A stretch of 64,000 nt of DNA from Eledone cirrhosa (GCA_964016885.1 OZ024748.1:16244001-16308000); one strand, 5' to 3'; counted from the first letter of the stretch, positions 39,352 to 54,045 are shown. A program made the numbers and translations. Notes: generated from the sequence alone by a model not told the origin.

Positions 39352-39545
39352 TTCTACAGGGCTAGAACTGTTTCATTTGTATGAATTGTCAGGAATGTAC
39401 ATTCCAGATGATTTCATATGAATGAAACAGTTTTAGTCCTGTAGAATTTATATATATATATATATATAATAAATATGCTTATACACTACCAATGTATTAA
39501 GGACCTTTTTAAACTGTAGTTACCCCTTGACACAATTCGGGTATC
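39352..39545 (+). mobile_element. Fold-back family F1, copy 4 (diverged)
   Basis: TTCTACAGGGCTAGAACTGTTTCATT...AATGAAACAGTTTTAGTCCTGTAGAA plus the family tail. Confidence 0.7.
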
Positions 39546-39557
39546 TACATATTATAT

Positions 39558-39750
39558 ATCATCATCATTTTTATGTCTGTTTCTCCATGTTTGGGTTAGG
39601 TGGGTCCTTCTTAGCATGGCATATATCCACTCATTGCATTACATCGTCAACTTCTCTGTGAGTTTCAGTAATTTAAGGTCAGCTCTCACAACCTCTGTCT
39701 AGCTCGTTTTTGGTCTACCTCTATTGCAGCTTCCTTCCACCAAGATTTCC
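39558..39750 (-). pseudogene. Old RTE 3' end
   Basis: Minus translation VEGSCNRGRPKTS; (GAT)n tail. Confidence 0.6.
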
Positions 39751-40016
39751 ATATATATATATATAACATATTTATATATATAGATATACATATATATATC
39801 TATATATATCTCATATGTATACATATATATATCTATACATATCTACATATATATACATATATGTGTTTGTGTGTGTGTTAAGAAGTTAAGACCCTCTTCC
39901 TGCTATATCAAGCATTAACCTAATATATACCTTCCATATACTGTACCGATTGTGTTGTTATTTCTGTTTACCTTTTACATACATACATATATATATATAT
40001 AAATATATATATAGAC

Positions 40017-40049
<33 letters not shown>

Positions 40050-40419
40050 GACATACATATTATATGTATAATAACAATGAGTTCAAATAAAGTGTTGCTT
40101 ACATTGCTAAGAACTATAAAAGACACCAAAACATGATGGAAGCACCATTAAACTGTGCTATATTTGTCACATACTATATATTCCTCAGAATGGTACACGT
40201 GTAAATTATTTTACAAGACATCTTGAAAATAGCAACTGTGTAGTTTAATATGTCCGTTTCTATGTAAATAAACCATTTAGATTTGATATAATTGATTAGT
40301 TCAGACAGTTAACACATTTTGCTTGAAATACTTTTAGATCTAGTCTGGCATAAAATGAAACTCCAGTTCCATCGTGGAATTTCTAATTGTAGTCAAAGGA
40401 AGGCACAAAAGGAAATTTA

Positions 40420-40830
40420 TGGATATTACTGACATGAATCTGGTCACAAGCAATCTCAAAACTACAGAAATAGCAAGAGAAATCCATTGTACCTGCTAGG
40501 AATAACATCTAGTGGGAAAAAAAAAGAAAGGAAAAGCACCGATTATTAGATCAGACCAAGGAAACAAAGTTTCCATTGGTCTTTATATTGTTTTTAGTAT
40601 CTGCTGGTTACAACTCCTGGCAGAAGGAACAGTATAAAATAAAGTATTTGCTTCTGGTTACAAGCAATCACAAAGCTATAGAAAGCTAGAGACATACATT
40701 GCATTTGCTAGGAATAACGGCTGAAAAGAAAGAGAGCTAAATATTAGATCAGACCAAGGAAACACAGTTTCCATTGGTATTTCTATTACTGTCACTATCT
40801 TCTGGTCATAACACTTGGCAGAAGGGACAA
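40420..40830 (+). repeat. ~205-bp degenerate direct duplication
   Basis: TATTAGATCAGACCAAGGAAAC...GTTTCCATTGGT at ~40544 and ~40742. Confidence 0.75.
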
Positions 40831-40918
40831 TATGAAATAAGGTATTTTGCTTAAAAAAAACTTATGTTGCCTGGTACAGGAATCAAACCCATCACATGAA
40901 TGTCACCACTAGACCATG

Positions 40919-41133
40919 TTAACCCTTTAGCATTTAATCCGGCTGTATCCAGCCAGAATTCTCTCACCTCTTTCTGTTCAAACTGGCCAAAACTAGCCAA
41001 CTCATACCAGTGTCAAGGTATTGTTGTCAAAATAAATAGTATCAAAATCTCATAGATTCGATATTATGTGAGATAAGGCCATTACCACAAATATACAATA
41101 GTAAATATAGAGTAATGTAAATGCCAAAAAGTT
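40919..41133. mobile_element. MITE P1
   Basis: TTAACCCTTTAGCATTT start, P1 internal sequence, decayed right TIR. Confidence 0.8.
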
Positions 41134-41306
41134 ATATCTTATTCAAACCATACCTACATTTTATTTCAGGAGAAAATATTACATGAGATAAAATAGTTCT
41201 GGGGGCATTACGTCTGAAAACTAAGTGATAGTTGTGTCTGGAAAACTTTGGTTATGAGTTTGTTTCATCAGAGCGAACATTAGGCGAAACAACAATAAAT
41301 AACTTC

Positions 41307-41312
<6 letters not shown>

Positions 41313-41397
<85 letters not shown>

Positions 41398-41508
41398 TCC
41401 GCCTATAGTCTGACATCAATTACTGTTCTTAGATTGTTAAAGGTGACATGAATGTAAGAACCTCCCATTTCTTTTGCTCCAAAGAACAAGACATATATAT
41501 ATATATAT

Positions 41509-41607
<99 letters not shown>

Positions 41608-41676
41608 TATATATATACACATATATATATATATATACACACATATATATATATATACACACATATATATATATAT

Positions 41677-41717
<41 letters not shown>

Positions 41718-42115
41718 TATATATATGTACACACAGATATATATATATATATATGTACACACACATATATATATATATATATACACACACACATATATAT
41801 ATACACACATATATATATATATATATACACACATATATATATACACACATATATATATATATATATACACACATATATATATATATACACACATAAATAT
41901 ATATATATATACATATACACACATATATATATACATATACACACATATATATATATACATATACACACACATATATATATATATATATGTATATATGTAT
42001 ATATATATATATGTATATATATATATGTATATATATATATATGTATATACGGATATATGTAGATATATCTGAATATACATATATATATATATCTAGATAC
42101 ATCTGTATATACATA

Positions 42116-42146
<31 letters not shown>

Positions 42147-42225
42147 ATATATATATATACACACATATATATATATATATATACATATATACACATATAC
42201 ACACACACATATATACAGATATATA
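41313..42225. repeat. (TA)n/(CA)n microsatellite field
   Basis: Direct reading. Confidence 0.95.
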
Positions 42226-42526
42226 ATACATTAAATAGTATCTCCAAGAAGGGCGGCTAATAAAGAAAATAGACGCCTTTGTGTATTTCAATTAAATACA
42301 TAAATAAACACTATAAACTACATTTTCTTTAATTTGTCAGACTGCAATCTATTATAAACACAACACACTTCAGATATAAAAGTATGAAATTCTTAAGCTA
42401 AATTCTGATTCTGATCATATATAGAATATTAAATCTTAATATACAATTAACAATTACTAACTATTAAAACTACCAACAAAATACATAGAGGAATATTTTG
42501 TTGAAGTAAAGATTTCAATAATGTCT

Positions 42527-42561
<35 letters not shown>

Positions 42562-42810
42562 TATATATGAATCAAGTTACATAATGTTAATAAAATAATA
42601 ATTTTTCACACTTTCCTTTCTGAAAAGGTAAAACGGTAAAATATTTCTGATTCAATTCTGTCAATTGGATTTCTGCTTATTGTGACGTATTTTGTGAAGT
42701 GGAAGTCTATATCATTTTTAAAAAATGTCCATGCTTTGTCAATGTTTTGCGATTTCTAATAAAGCTGAGCTATACATTATTTAATTGTATCCATTCATAT
42801 GATTTTTGTG

Positions 42811-42846
<36 letters not shown>

Positions 42847-42850
<4 letters not shown>

Positions 42851-43297
42851 CATCATCATCATCATCACCGTTTTACATCCATTCTTCCACGCTAGCATGG
42901 GTTAGACGGGTTGTCCTGTTGTGGGCAGTGCTTGGTCGGCTGACCTTGTCTTGCTCATACGGGAACTGATTTTGGCTTGATTTCTACAGCTGGATGCCCT
43001 TCCTAACAACCACCTCAATTGCAGTGAGTGCTGGGTGCTTTTTTCCATTGCACCCACATGATCACTTTATTGTGTGGGCACCTCCATGGGGTAGGGGCAT
43101 ATTGTCTATATGCTTCAGCTTCGGTTTGTACCCATGGGGAGTCGGGTCTTCTGTATTACTGCGTGATGCCAGAGGTCTCAGTCATGTGTCATCCCCTTTG
43201 AGAGGTGTAATTGGGTAAGGTCGGCTTTTATCACCTCATCCCAGGTCTTCTTGGGTCTCTCCACTGCACAGCTTCCATCGACTTCTAGTGCTCTGCA
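42847..43297 (-). mobile_element. RTE 3' end, same subfamily as 1631-3407
   Basis: Reverse complement closely matches 2978-3407. Confidence 0.9.
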
Positions 43298-44355
43298 GCT
43301 TTATACATATCATCATCATCATCATTGTTTAACGTCTATCTTTCACGCTATATATATATATATATATACATACCCAATTGCACCTGTCGAGATCTCTGGC
43401 ATTAAGCAAAAGACCTGCCTTCCCATGTGCATGGGTTGAAGCATACACTTAGTGGTCACTAGTATGCACAACTTCCACCTCCCTTCTATACACCTCTCAA
43501 GACTGATAGTTATTTTATTGAACTGACGAGTTATAGGAGATAAACTTAAGCATGGACATGCACACTTACAAAGATGTAAGTGTGTGTGTGCTTGCATGCA
43601 TGCATCTGTGTGGAGATGCATGGCTTAGGGTTTAGGTTGTTTGAATCATAATCCTATGGCAATGAGTTCAATTCCTGGTAGTGCATTGTGTCCTTGAGCA
43701 AGACATTTTATTTCATGTTGCTCCATTCAACTCAGCTGGGAAATAAAAAAAATTTATTTGTAGCTGTGATTCAAAATATCCAACCAAGTCACATCATCTC
43801 TTCATCATACTGACTGAATCTTTTTGAGACATACAATATAAGTACATATGGCTGTGTCTGTCAGAATGCTCAGCCACTTGCAAGTCAATTTCCTGTGCAG
43901 GTTGTACAATTGATTAAACAAACCATGAACAATTGTCACTGACTAAACTGGAAACCATTTATCACAATCTCAACACAGATTCTAACCATTTCCACAGAAT
44001 CTAGTCAATGTATTTGAAAATATAGCAAAACTTACATAAATATTTTTTCATTGTCTCACTAGACCAACTTAGATAACTGTCTGTTTCTTCCTGTTGTTCA
44101 AATTAAAACTGACACATATACAATACAATCTAATTTCTGATTTTTTGCTTCTTTTTCAACTTTAGCAAAACGATTCTTTTTACCGCTACAGGTAGCGATT
44201 TGTCAAATTTCTTCTAATTATTACAGAACCAACTTTCTTTCTTTCGTTTTTTTTCTATCTTTGTATTTTAATCTACAAAGCTGAAACACTGCAGTATTGA
44301 CGTTTTTATTTTTTGTCAAAAGTCAGAAATTTGAAGCTTAACAAAAAAAAAAATA

Positions 44356-44689
44356 ATATATATATTTATATACATATATATATACATATACACATATATA
44401 TATACATATACACATATATATACATATACATATATATATATACATATACACATATATATACATATACATATATATATATACATATACATATATACACATA
44501 TATATACATGTACATATATACACATATATATACATATATATATACATATATATATACATATACATATATATATATACATATATACACATATATATACATA
44601 TACATATACATATATACACGTATATATACATATACATATATACACATTTATACACATATATATACATATACATATATATATACATATAT

Positions 44690-44730
<41 letters not shown>

Positions 44731-45093
44731 TATACATATACATATATATATATACACACATATATATACATATACATATGCATATACATATATATACATA
44801 TACATATACATATACATATATACACATATATATATATATATACACACATATATATACATATACATATATATATATACATATATATATACACACATATATA
44901 TACACACATATATATACACACATATATATATATACATATATATATACACACATATATATACACACATATATATACATATACATATATATATACACACATA
45001 TATATACATATATATATATATGCATATATACATACATATACATATATACATACATATACATATATACATACATATATACACATATACATATAC

Positions 45094-45126
<33 letters not shown>

Positions 45127-45199
45127 CATATACATATATACATATATATATATACATATATATATATATACATATACATATATATATATACATATATAT

Positions 45200-45246
<47 letters not shown>

Positions 45247-45249
45247 CAT

Positions 45250-45298
<49 letters not shown>

Positions 45299-45319
45299 CA
45301 TATACATATACATATATAC

Positions 45320-45382
<63 letters not shown>

Positions 45383-45702
45383 CATATACATATACATATA
45401 TACATATATATATATATACATATATATATACATATATATATATATATACATATATATACATATACATATATATACATATACATATATACATATATATATA
45501 TATACATATATACATATATATACATATATATACATATACGTATATACATATATATATATATATATACACACACATATATATATATATACATATATACACA
45601 TATATATATACATATATATACACACATATATACACACACACATATATATATATACATATATACATATATATATATACATATATATACACACATATATACA
45701 CG

Positions 45703-45750
<48 letters not shown>

Positions 45751-45768
45751 TATATATATGTATATATA
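44356..45768. repeat. 1.4-kb (TA)n/(TACA)n microsatellite
   Basis: Direct reading. Confidence 0.97.
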
Positions 45769-45864
45769 AAGAATAAAAACGAAGAAAGAAAGCAATCTTA
45801 AAACAATCACAAAGGTGTCTATTGAACTGGCAGACATATTTTTTTTTTTTTATCTGTTGGAAAA

Positions 45865-46332
45865 GATGGTGATGATTATGATGATGATGGTAGTGGTGTT
45901 AGTGGTAGCAGAGTTGGTGTTAGTAGTGAAGATGATGGTGGTGATGATGATGATGATGATGGCAATGATGATGATGATGATGATGGAGATGATGATGGTA
46001 ATGATGGTGAAGATGGTGGTGATGATGGTGATGATGATGATGACAATGATGAAGATCATAATGATGATGATGACAATGATGAGGATGATGATGATGATGA
46101 CGAAAATGGTGATGGCGATAATGAAGATGATGATGACAATGATGAGGATGATGACAATGATGACAATGATGATGACGATGATGATGATGATGACGACGAA
46201 AATGATGATGACGACGAAAATGAAGATGATGATGACAATGATGAGGATGATGACAATGATGACAATGATGAGGATGATGACAATGATGATGATGATGATG
46301 ATAAAGATGATGACGATTATTGATTATGATTA
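45865..46332. repeat. (GAT)n-rich tract
   Basis: Direct reading. Confidence 0.93.
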
Positions 46333-46934
46333 TATTCATGAAACTGTCTACCTAGCACATCAGGCAGAGTATCTGAATGGAAAGCAAGATTTTGCTTCAA
46401 AGTCTAGATTTTAGTTGGAGAGCAATATAGGAAAGAAAGAATATGTTCATCTCTGGAGACTCTGACAATCATATTCAGAATTTGTGTGATGATATTACTA
46501 TTTGCTGTCAGTTTTCCCCCAATGTTTGTATAAAATTCTCTCTAATACAACAGACAAAGGAATATGGAGAGGTTACATAAGCATTGTAACCTTCTAAACA
46601 GAAATATGATAGTTTTTATTAGAACTTGACAAATTGTTGTCATACTTTGGTTTATGTTATACCATAAACTAATTTTGGCGAATAAAATTCTTCAATCTCA
46701 TGCACCAACTTTGTATAGAAAATCATTTGCATTCACCTTATCTGAATTGTATTGTCAAATTTTATTTCTTTCAGGTTTGCGATTTTCTAAGAATGACTGT
46801 CTTTCAATGTTTATAACCTAGACATAGCCAAAGATTTCCTGAATATATTTCGAACACATTAACTGCTTTATGCTTTATTCCCAACGCAAATTTTATTATT
46901 TATTTGAAATTCAGGAATACTCTCTCTCCCTCTC

Positions 46935-46978
<44 letters not shown>

Positions 46979-47209
46979 CACACAAACACACACATATTTA
47001 AACATGCTCTGCAAATCTAGAATGACATATGACTGGTCTGTTTGTTGCTGGCATATTACTGATAATATGTTTAGTAAAACACGAGTGAATTGGTAGAAGT
47101 GTTAAGGAATTGGACATAATGTTCTCCTTTCTAGTATTTCCTCTAACTTGCATTTCCGAGTTCAAATTCCACCATGGTGGTCAAATTATCTTTTCATTGA
47201 AATGAAAAG

Positions 47210-47540
47210 AAACAAAATTTACAGCTCACACCAATGCAAGGTTTGCTGGCCTCCTACATGGTGATATCTCATTGGAGGGGTTTTGTGTGTTTTAATGAGA
47301 GAGGGCCTCTTTTTATTTTTTCATTAAAATTAAATAAAACAAAATTTACCGCTACCTCCACAGCAAGGTTTGCTGTCATCCTATATGGTGACAAATCATT
47401 GGAGGGATTTTGTATGGTGAAATGGGGAGTCCTTTTTTTAATAAAGTTAAATTAAACAAAATTTACAACTCCCTCAAATGCAATGTTTGCTGTTCTCCTA
47501 CATGGTGACATCTCATTGGAAGGATTTTGTGTGTTTTAAT
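47210..47540 (+). repeat. ~120-bp tandem repeat, ~2.7 units
   Basis: ACAAAATTTAC..CT...GCAAGGTTTGCTG...CCTACATGGTGA..TCTCATTGGA occurs three times. Confidence 0.8.
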
Positions 47541-47639
47541 GGTCGGGATGGGTAGCATACCATGAAAAGCATCATGAACAGAAGTGTCTTGCTCAAGAAC
47601 ATGAGTTGCTCAGTTAAGGAATTTGAGATCAAATATCAT

Positions 47640-48312
47640 TGAGGTTAACTTTGCCTTTCAGCCTTACGAGATCATTAAAATAAAGTAACAGTAACATACT
47701 GGGGTCGATTGGTTTGAATTTCCCCTCCCCCAAAAATTGGTGGCCTTGTGCCTAAATCAGAAACCATTATTAAGTTGAAAGTTGGTGGATATATAGAATC
47801 TGTAGAGTGCCGCACACCATGTTTTGTGGCATAGAGTTCTGAGTTCAAATCCTGTTGAGGTTAGCTTTACATTTCATCCTTCTGGGGCCGATAAAATATA
47901 GTACCAGTAACACACTGGGGTGAATTCAATTGACTTTCTCAAATTGTTGGCCTTGTGCCTCAATCAGACACCACTATTATTATCGAAATTGATAAACTAA
48001 AGCACCAGTAATGCACTGGGGTCAATTCAATCGACTTTCTCCCTCCCCAAAATTGTTGGCCTTGTGCCTAAATCAGAAAGCATTATCACTATTTAAATTG
48101 ATAAAATAAAGTACCAGTAATGCACTGGGGTCAATTTAATCGACTTTCTCCCTCCCCAAAATTGTTGGCCTTGTGCCTAAATCAGAAACCATTATCACTA
48201 TTTAAATTGATAAAATAAAGTACCAGTAATGCACTGGGGTCAATTTAATCGACTCCCTTCTATAAAAATTAAAAAAACTGCTGGCCTTGTGTCTAAATCA
48301 GTAACCATTATT
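47640..48312 (+). mobile_element. SINE A (long variant) cluster with tandemly repeated 3' halves
   Basis: AAATTGATAAAATAAAGTACCAG...CCTAAATCAGAAACC repeated. Confidence 0.8.
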
Positions 48313-48748
48313 ACAGAAAAACAAAGAATTATTCAAACATGTTGGCCTCTTTTTGGATTCTGACTTACCATGTTAGCATGGAAAAATGGACGTTAAACAA
48401 TGATGATGATAATGATGATAGTCATGAATAATTCCCTGATGTCTACGATCACTGGCCTGTCAATTCACACATCTTCATTGGTCTGAGAGAGATGTGATTT
48501 TAAATGTATTCCAATCAACTGTAAAATCCCTCTAACACTACTGTATTTGCAATAATCTCTACATTAATGTATTCTATTCTCCCCTCCTCCTTGTTGTTGT
48601 TATTTTTTTTTTTTGGGGGGGGGGGGGGTTTATTTATTCTATGAATATTTAATAATGAAACTGGCTATCAAAATATATAAATAACTATAATTTCGGTATT
48701 GCACACCTCACAGTGAACCAGAAGAAAGTTGCTTCTATATACATGGCT

Positions 48749-49089
48749 ATCATCATCATCATTTCATTTTACGTCCGCTTTTCCCTGCTAGCAAGGGTGG
48801 GACGGGAACTGATTCTGGCTTTATTTCTACAGCTGGATGCCCTTCCTAACACCAACCTCATTTACAGTGAGTGCTGGGTGCTTTTTTGCCGTGGCACCTC
48901 CACGACCACTTTGCAGTGGAATGATAGTGACCCCAGTCCCTATCATCTCATTTCTACAGCTGAGTAGACTGGAGCAATGTGAAATAAAGTGTCTTGCTCA
49001 AGGAAACAACACATCACCCGGTCTGAGAATTGAGCTCTCAACCTTTCGATTGCAAGGCCAATGCTCTAACCACTAAGCCATGTGCCTCC
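48749..49089 (-). mobile_element. SINE B
   Basis: Full reverse-complement copy. Confidence 0.88.
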
Positions 49090-49840
49090 TGGGAATATAT
49101 GACAAGTATGGTCTGAATAGAATATAAATAAGTTTGATTTCCCAAGATAAATTGGTGCGAAATAAAAAGATTCAAAATCTTTTGGGAGACATTAAACTTT
49201 TCTTTTTTAATATCATCGTCCCATTGGATATTAAAACATAGTCTCAGGAAGAAAGCAACAACAAAACAATCTCATGTTTATAAACACACACATCTACACA
49301 AGCATCCACCATACATCGGTGTTCATATATACAGTTATTACTGCTTATATATACATATATATAAATTTGTGTGAGTGTATAACGAAGGAAGTGTGGTAAG
49401 ATACCAGGTGGACCATAACGCACCAGAGTACTCGATACTTGGGTTAGTAGAGTGGGTAATAGGAAAAGAGTCAGGACCCCAACGGCTGAGTTCCGGCCAT
49501 TTCAACAGCTAGGTCATATATATGTATGTGTATGTATATATATATATATATATATATATCATCATCATCATCATTGTCTAACGTCCATCTTCCATGCTAG
49601 CATATATATATATGTATGTGTATATAAATATACACATATATATATATATACACACACATATATATATACACACACACACATATATATATATGCATATATA
49701 TATAATAGTAGAACACTAGTGAGTTATATCCGTAGTAGCAGAGCACTCAGTCCATGGGACGAGTTTGGTAGAAGTAGTTCCACAACAGTTAGTTCACCAT
49801 ACCGAGAACAAATGTTTCACCTTATGTATGTGTATGTGTA

Positions 49841-49888
<48 letters not shown>

Positions 49889-50060
49889 TAGAATATATGT
49901 ATATATATATATATTTATATATATATATATATATATATAATGTGATTATAGTGTAGTTCTACAAATGAATGACATTATAGCCGTAGAGAATCCTGCATAG
50001 AAATGAAAGAATAAATATAATTTCATATCTTCGATATTTTTCTAATATTGAATCATCATG

Positions 50061-50098
<38 letters not shown>

Positions 50099-50283
50099 CA
50101 AAAAGTGTAAGTCAACAGGTTAAAATTAACTGAAGTGTCGGTAAACAACCAACTCAACGTTATATATATATTTGAACACTGCTCAATGTGTTAGAGGAAA
50201 ATTATGAAATGGATCTGGAATGTCAAGACTAATAATATGTGGTTAGATAATATGTGGTTAGATAGTCATTATATCTATTTTTA

Positions 50284-50472
50284 AGGCGGTGGATTGGCAG
50301 TATCGGTAGAGGGTTGGACACCATGCTTTCCAGCATAGTTATGTCCCTTTACGATCTGAGTTCAAATCCCGCCGAAGTTGACTTTGCCTTTCATCCTTAC
50401 GGGTCAATAAAATAAAGTACCAGTAATACACTGGGTAATTGCTGGCCTTGTGCCTACCGTAGAAACAATTAT
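50284..50472 (+). mobile_element. SINE A with target-site duplication
   Basis: Flanked by ATTATATCTATTTTTAA on both sides (~50268-50284 and ~50468-50484). Confidence 0.88.
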
Positions 50473-50663
50473 ATCTATTTTTAATGATCAATCTATCTCC
50501 TGAAACGATTGTAAAACAATGAACTGATTAAGCACAAATATTTGACTTTTCTTTTCATCTTCCACACACACATATATATATGTGTGAAGATTTAAATAAC
50601 ATCATCTTTGTCCGCTCCCTTGTCGTTTTAACTTGGATTGCCTTGAGAACGTAACTTTATTAT

Positions 50664-50994
50664 GTCATTTCATTTAACGTCCGCTTTTTCCCTGCTTGCA
50701 AGGGTGGGACGGGAACTGATTCTGGCTTGATTTCTACAGCTGGATGCCCTTCCTAACACCAACCTCATTTACAGTGAGTGCTGGGTGCTTTTTTGCCGTG
50801 GCACCTCCACGACCACTTTGCAGTGGAATGATATGGACCCCAGTCCCTATCATCTCATTTCTGAAGTTGAGTAAACTGGAGCAATGTGAAATAAAGTGTC
50901 TTGCTCAAGGAATCAACATCACCCGGTCTGAGAATTGAACTCACAACCTTTCGATTGCAAGGCCAATGCTCTAACCACTAAGCCATGTGCCTCC
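50664..50994 (-). mobile_element. SINE B
   Basis: Full reverse-complement copy. Confidence 0.88.
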
Positions 50995-51051
50995 ATATAT
51001 ATATATATACACACACACATACATACATATACACACACCCCTGCTGCCTCA

Positions 51052-51126
51052 GCTGTCTGATGAGATCATGACACTGGTCAGGCAGAATCGTGTGGCCACT
51101 GTCGTCATTGAAATATGTATCACAGC
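51052..51126 (+). ncRNA. Putative type I hammerhead ribozyme followed by AATAAA (51133-51138)
   Basis: GCUGU-CUGAUGA-gaucaugac[...]gucauu-GAAA-uaugua-UC-ACAGC: 5-bp stem I, intact core, near-palindromic stem III, AUC site. Confidence 0.7.
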
Positions 51127-51339
51127 CTAATCAATAAACGTCTTTAACATCTGAAACTACTTCACATTTTCTTATATATATATATATAATATATATGGCT
51201 TCCCTGCATACAAAGTTAACCTACAGTCAGTAGGCACCTCTTAACCAAATTTACACCCCAACCCTCTACCCCTACTCCATCCTCCCACTCCTACCAACAC
51301 CACCCTCTCTCTGTAAAGTTATGTTGGGACCACAACACC

Positions 51340-51617
51340 CAGTCCAAACTAAAGCCATCATGTAGGTGTCATGAAAAAAGGACCCACTCCATGCTGTAAA
51401 GTGGTCATGTAGGAGACACGGTAAAAAGGCTTCAGGTCCACACTGTAAATGTGGTTGGTGTTAGGAAGGGCATCCAGCCATAGAAAACCTGCCAGATACA
51501 GTCCTATATGAGCGAGACATGGTCACCTGATCAATCTTGCCTGAAATGGGACAATTCCCATCAAACCCATGCTAGCGTGGAAAATAGAAGTTAAACAATG
51601 ATGATGATGATGATGAT
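51340..51617 (+). mobile_element. RTE 3'UTR fragment
   Basis: GTTGGTGTTAGGAAGGGCATCCAGCC...AACCCATGCTAGCGTGG...(GAT)n. Confidence 0.75.
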
Positions 51618-51722
51618 ATGTAGTTTATAACTTTATGTTAGTATGGGTTCATCAACTTGAACACTCGATGAATAGGTGAATAAATATAATGATGATACTT
51701 CAACACCTTGCTCCTACTTGTT

Positions 51723-51920
51723 TGGATTGGCAGTATCGGTAGAGGGTCTGACGCCATGCTTTGCAGCAAAGAGTTATGTCCCTTTATGGTCTGAGTTCAA
51801 ATCCCGCCAAGTTTAACTTTCCTTCTCATCCTTACTGTGTCGATAAAATAAAACACCAGTAATGCACTGGGGTAATTGCTGGCCTTGTGCCAAAAGTAGT
51901 AACAATTATTATTATTATTA
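51723..51920 (+). mobile_element. SINE A
   Basis: Consensus match with (ATT)n tail. Confidence 0.85.
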
Positions 51921-52044
51921 TAGAAATTAAGGGCTGAAACACTCACTTGAGTAAGGTTCACCTCTGAAGACCCTCTGTTGTCCAGTTCTCCTGAAAGTTT
52001 CTTATTACTTATCATCATCATCATCATTTTAATTTATATATATA

Positions 52045-52500
52045 TTAAAATTTAGCTTCAGCATAGCTGTATACTTGCATGTATTTGAATTTTGTATATC
52101 TAAAGATATATGGTATGTTTAATAAATAGATATTTTGAAAGCCCAGCTCTGAATATTGAAAGGCTGCTGGCCAGTGCTTCTACCAGATTCAAGCAGAAAC
52201 ACCAGGGTACAACTGTCTATGCGCATTTCAGTTTTCTGGTTCTCACCAGGACAGCGCATCCCCCTACTTACTACTGGAACTTGAAACAGGTGAAAATATA
52301 TAGTTTTCTCACTGCTGATTATCCTCATTTGTATATGAAGCTGTATAAGTTTGCTCAACTTGAATGTAGGATTAAAATTTAGCTTTGGCTGTATACATAA
52401 AGGCATGTGAATTTCGTTTATCTGAAGATATACAGTATGTTTTATAAATAAACATTTTGAAAGTCCAGCTACGATTATTGAAAGGCTGATGGCCAGCACC
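52045..52500 (+). repeat. ~130-bp diverged direct repeat (52045-52178, 52372-52500)
   Basis: TTAAAATTTAGCTT...TTTTGAAAG.CCAGCT...ATTGAAAGGCTG.TGGCCAG occurs twice. Confidence 0.7.
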
Positions 52501-52553
52501 GTCGAGTGGATTCCAGCAGAAGCAGCAGGGGTGTGTGTATATGTGTGTATGTA

Positions 52554-52588
<35 letters not shown>

Positions 52589-52935
52589 GGAGGCACATGG
52601 CTTAGTGGTTAGAGCATTGGCCTTGCAATCGAAAGGTTGTGAGTTCAATTCTGAGACCGGGTGATGTGTTGTTTCCTTGAGCAAGACACTTTATTTCACA
52701 TTGCTCCAGTTTCCTCAGCTGTAGAAATGAGATGATAGGGACTGGGGTTCATATCATTCCACTGCAAAGTGGTCGTGGAGGTGCCATGGCAAAAAACCAC
52801 CCAGCACTCACCGTAAATGAGGTTGGTGTTAGGAAGGGCATCCAGCTGTAGAAATCAAGCCAGAATCAGTTCCCGTCCCACCCTTGCAAGCAAGGAAAAA
52901 GCGGACGTTAAATGAAATGATGATGATGATGATGA
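52589..52935 (+). mobile_element. SINE B
   Basis: Full copy. Confidence 0.88.
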
Positions 52936-53159
52936 TATGTCTATGTGTATATATATATATATATATGTGACTAACCCATGCTAGTGTGAAAGATAGATGT
53001 TAAATGATGAAGATGATGATATATATGTATATATATTACGTATTCTGTCAAATTATAGTGTAGCAGAAGTTTGCTTAAGAAAGTTTGTAGAGGGAGCAGA
53101 CACAGAATATAAAGAAGAATGGAATATTGGATAATGCAAATTTTTTAACTGAATATTTC

Positions 53160-53310
53160 TAAGTGGCATCTGTTTGAGTTATATCAATATCTCACCATCC
53201 AGTTTTATTCTGATCTCAGTGATTTTATCCCATATAACTTGCTTGATAATAATATCAAGTAAAGTAATTGGGGCTGAGGATAGAGAAGTCAATATTTCTC
53301 AGCAGTTTTA
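53160..53310 (-). pseudogene. Ancient RT remnant; another at ~54430-54600 (minus)
   Basis: Translations LLDIIIKQVIWDK...IKLDGE and KVNLDK...INGRPL...DAEINN loosely resemble RTE RT segments. Confidence 0.4.
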
Positions 53311-53429
53311 GTTAGATATATTAATAACTAAACTTTATCTTCCAGCGAGGGAAGAGAGGATTATTCAATGATTACATTTTTACATTTCTATATATCAGGA
53401 GTTCATAGAAATGTAGATAGGTAGGAAGG

Positions 53430-53480
<51 letters not shown>

Positions 53481-53533
53481 CACATATATATATATACACC
53501 CACATATATATACATATATATATATATACATAT

Positions 53534-53666
<133 letters not shown>

Positions 53667-54004
53667 CTAACCCATGCTAGCGTGGAAAATGGACGTGAAA
53701 CAAAGATGATGAAGATGATGATGATGATATACACACACATATATATATATACACACATGCACACACACACACATATATATATATATAATCACATATACTC
53801 AAATATATATATATACACACATATATATACACATACACACACATATATATATATATATACACATACACACACATATATATATATATACACATACACACAC
53901 ATATATATATATATATATACACATACACACACATATATATATATACATACACACATATATATATATACACATACACACACATATATATATATATATATAC
54001 ACAT

Positions 54005-54045
<41 letters not shown>

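Noticed and set aside
41170-41311. Exon candidate TTTCAG...AAG|GTATAT
   Set aside because: Stops in all frames, and the donor is just the start of a TA repeat.
44313-45837. Long Y/I/H/T/C/V-rich ORFs, here and at other TA/CA tracts
   Set aside because: Translations of dinucleotide microsatellites.
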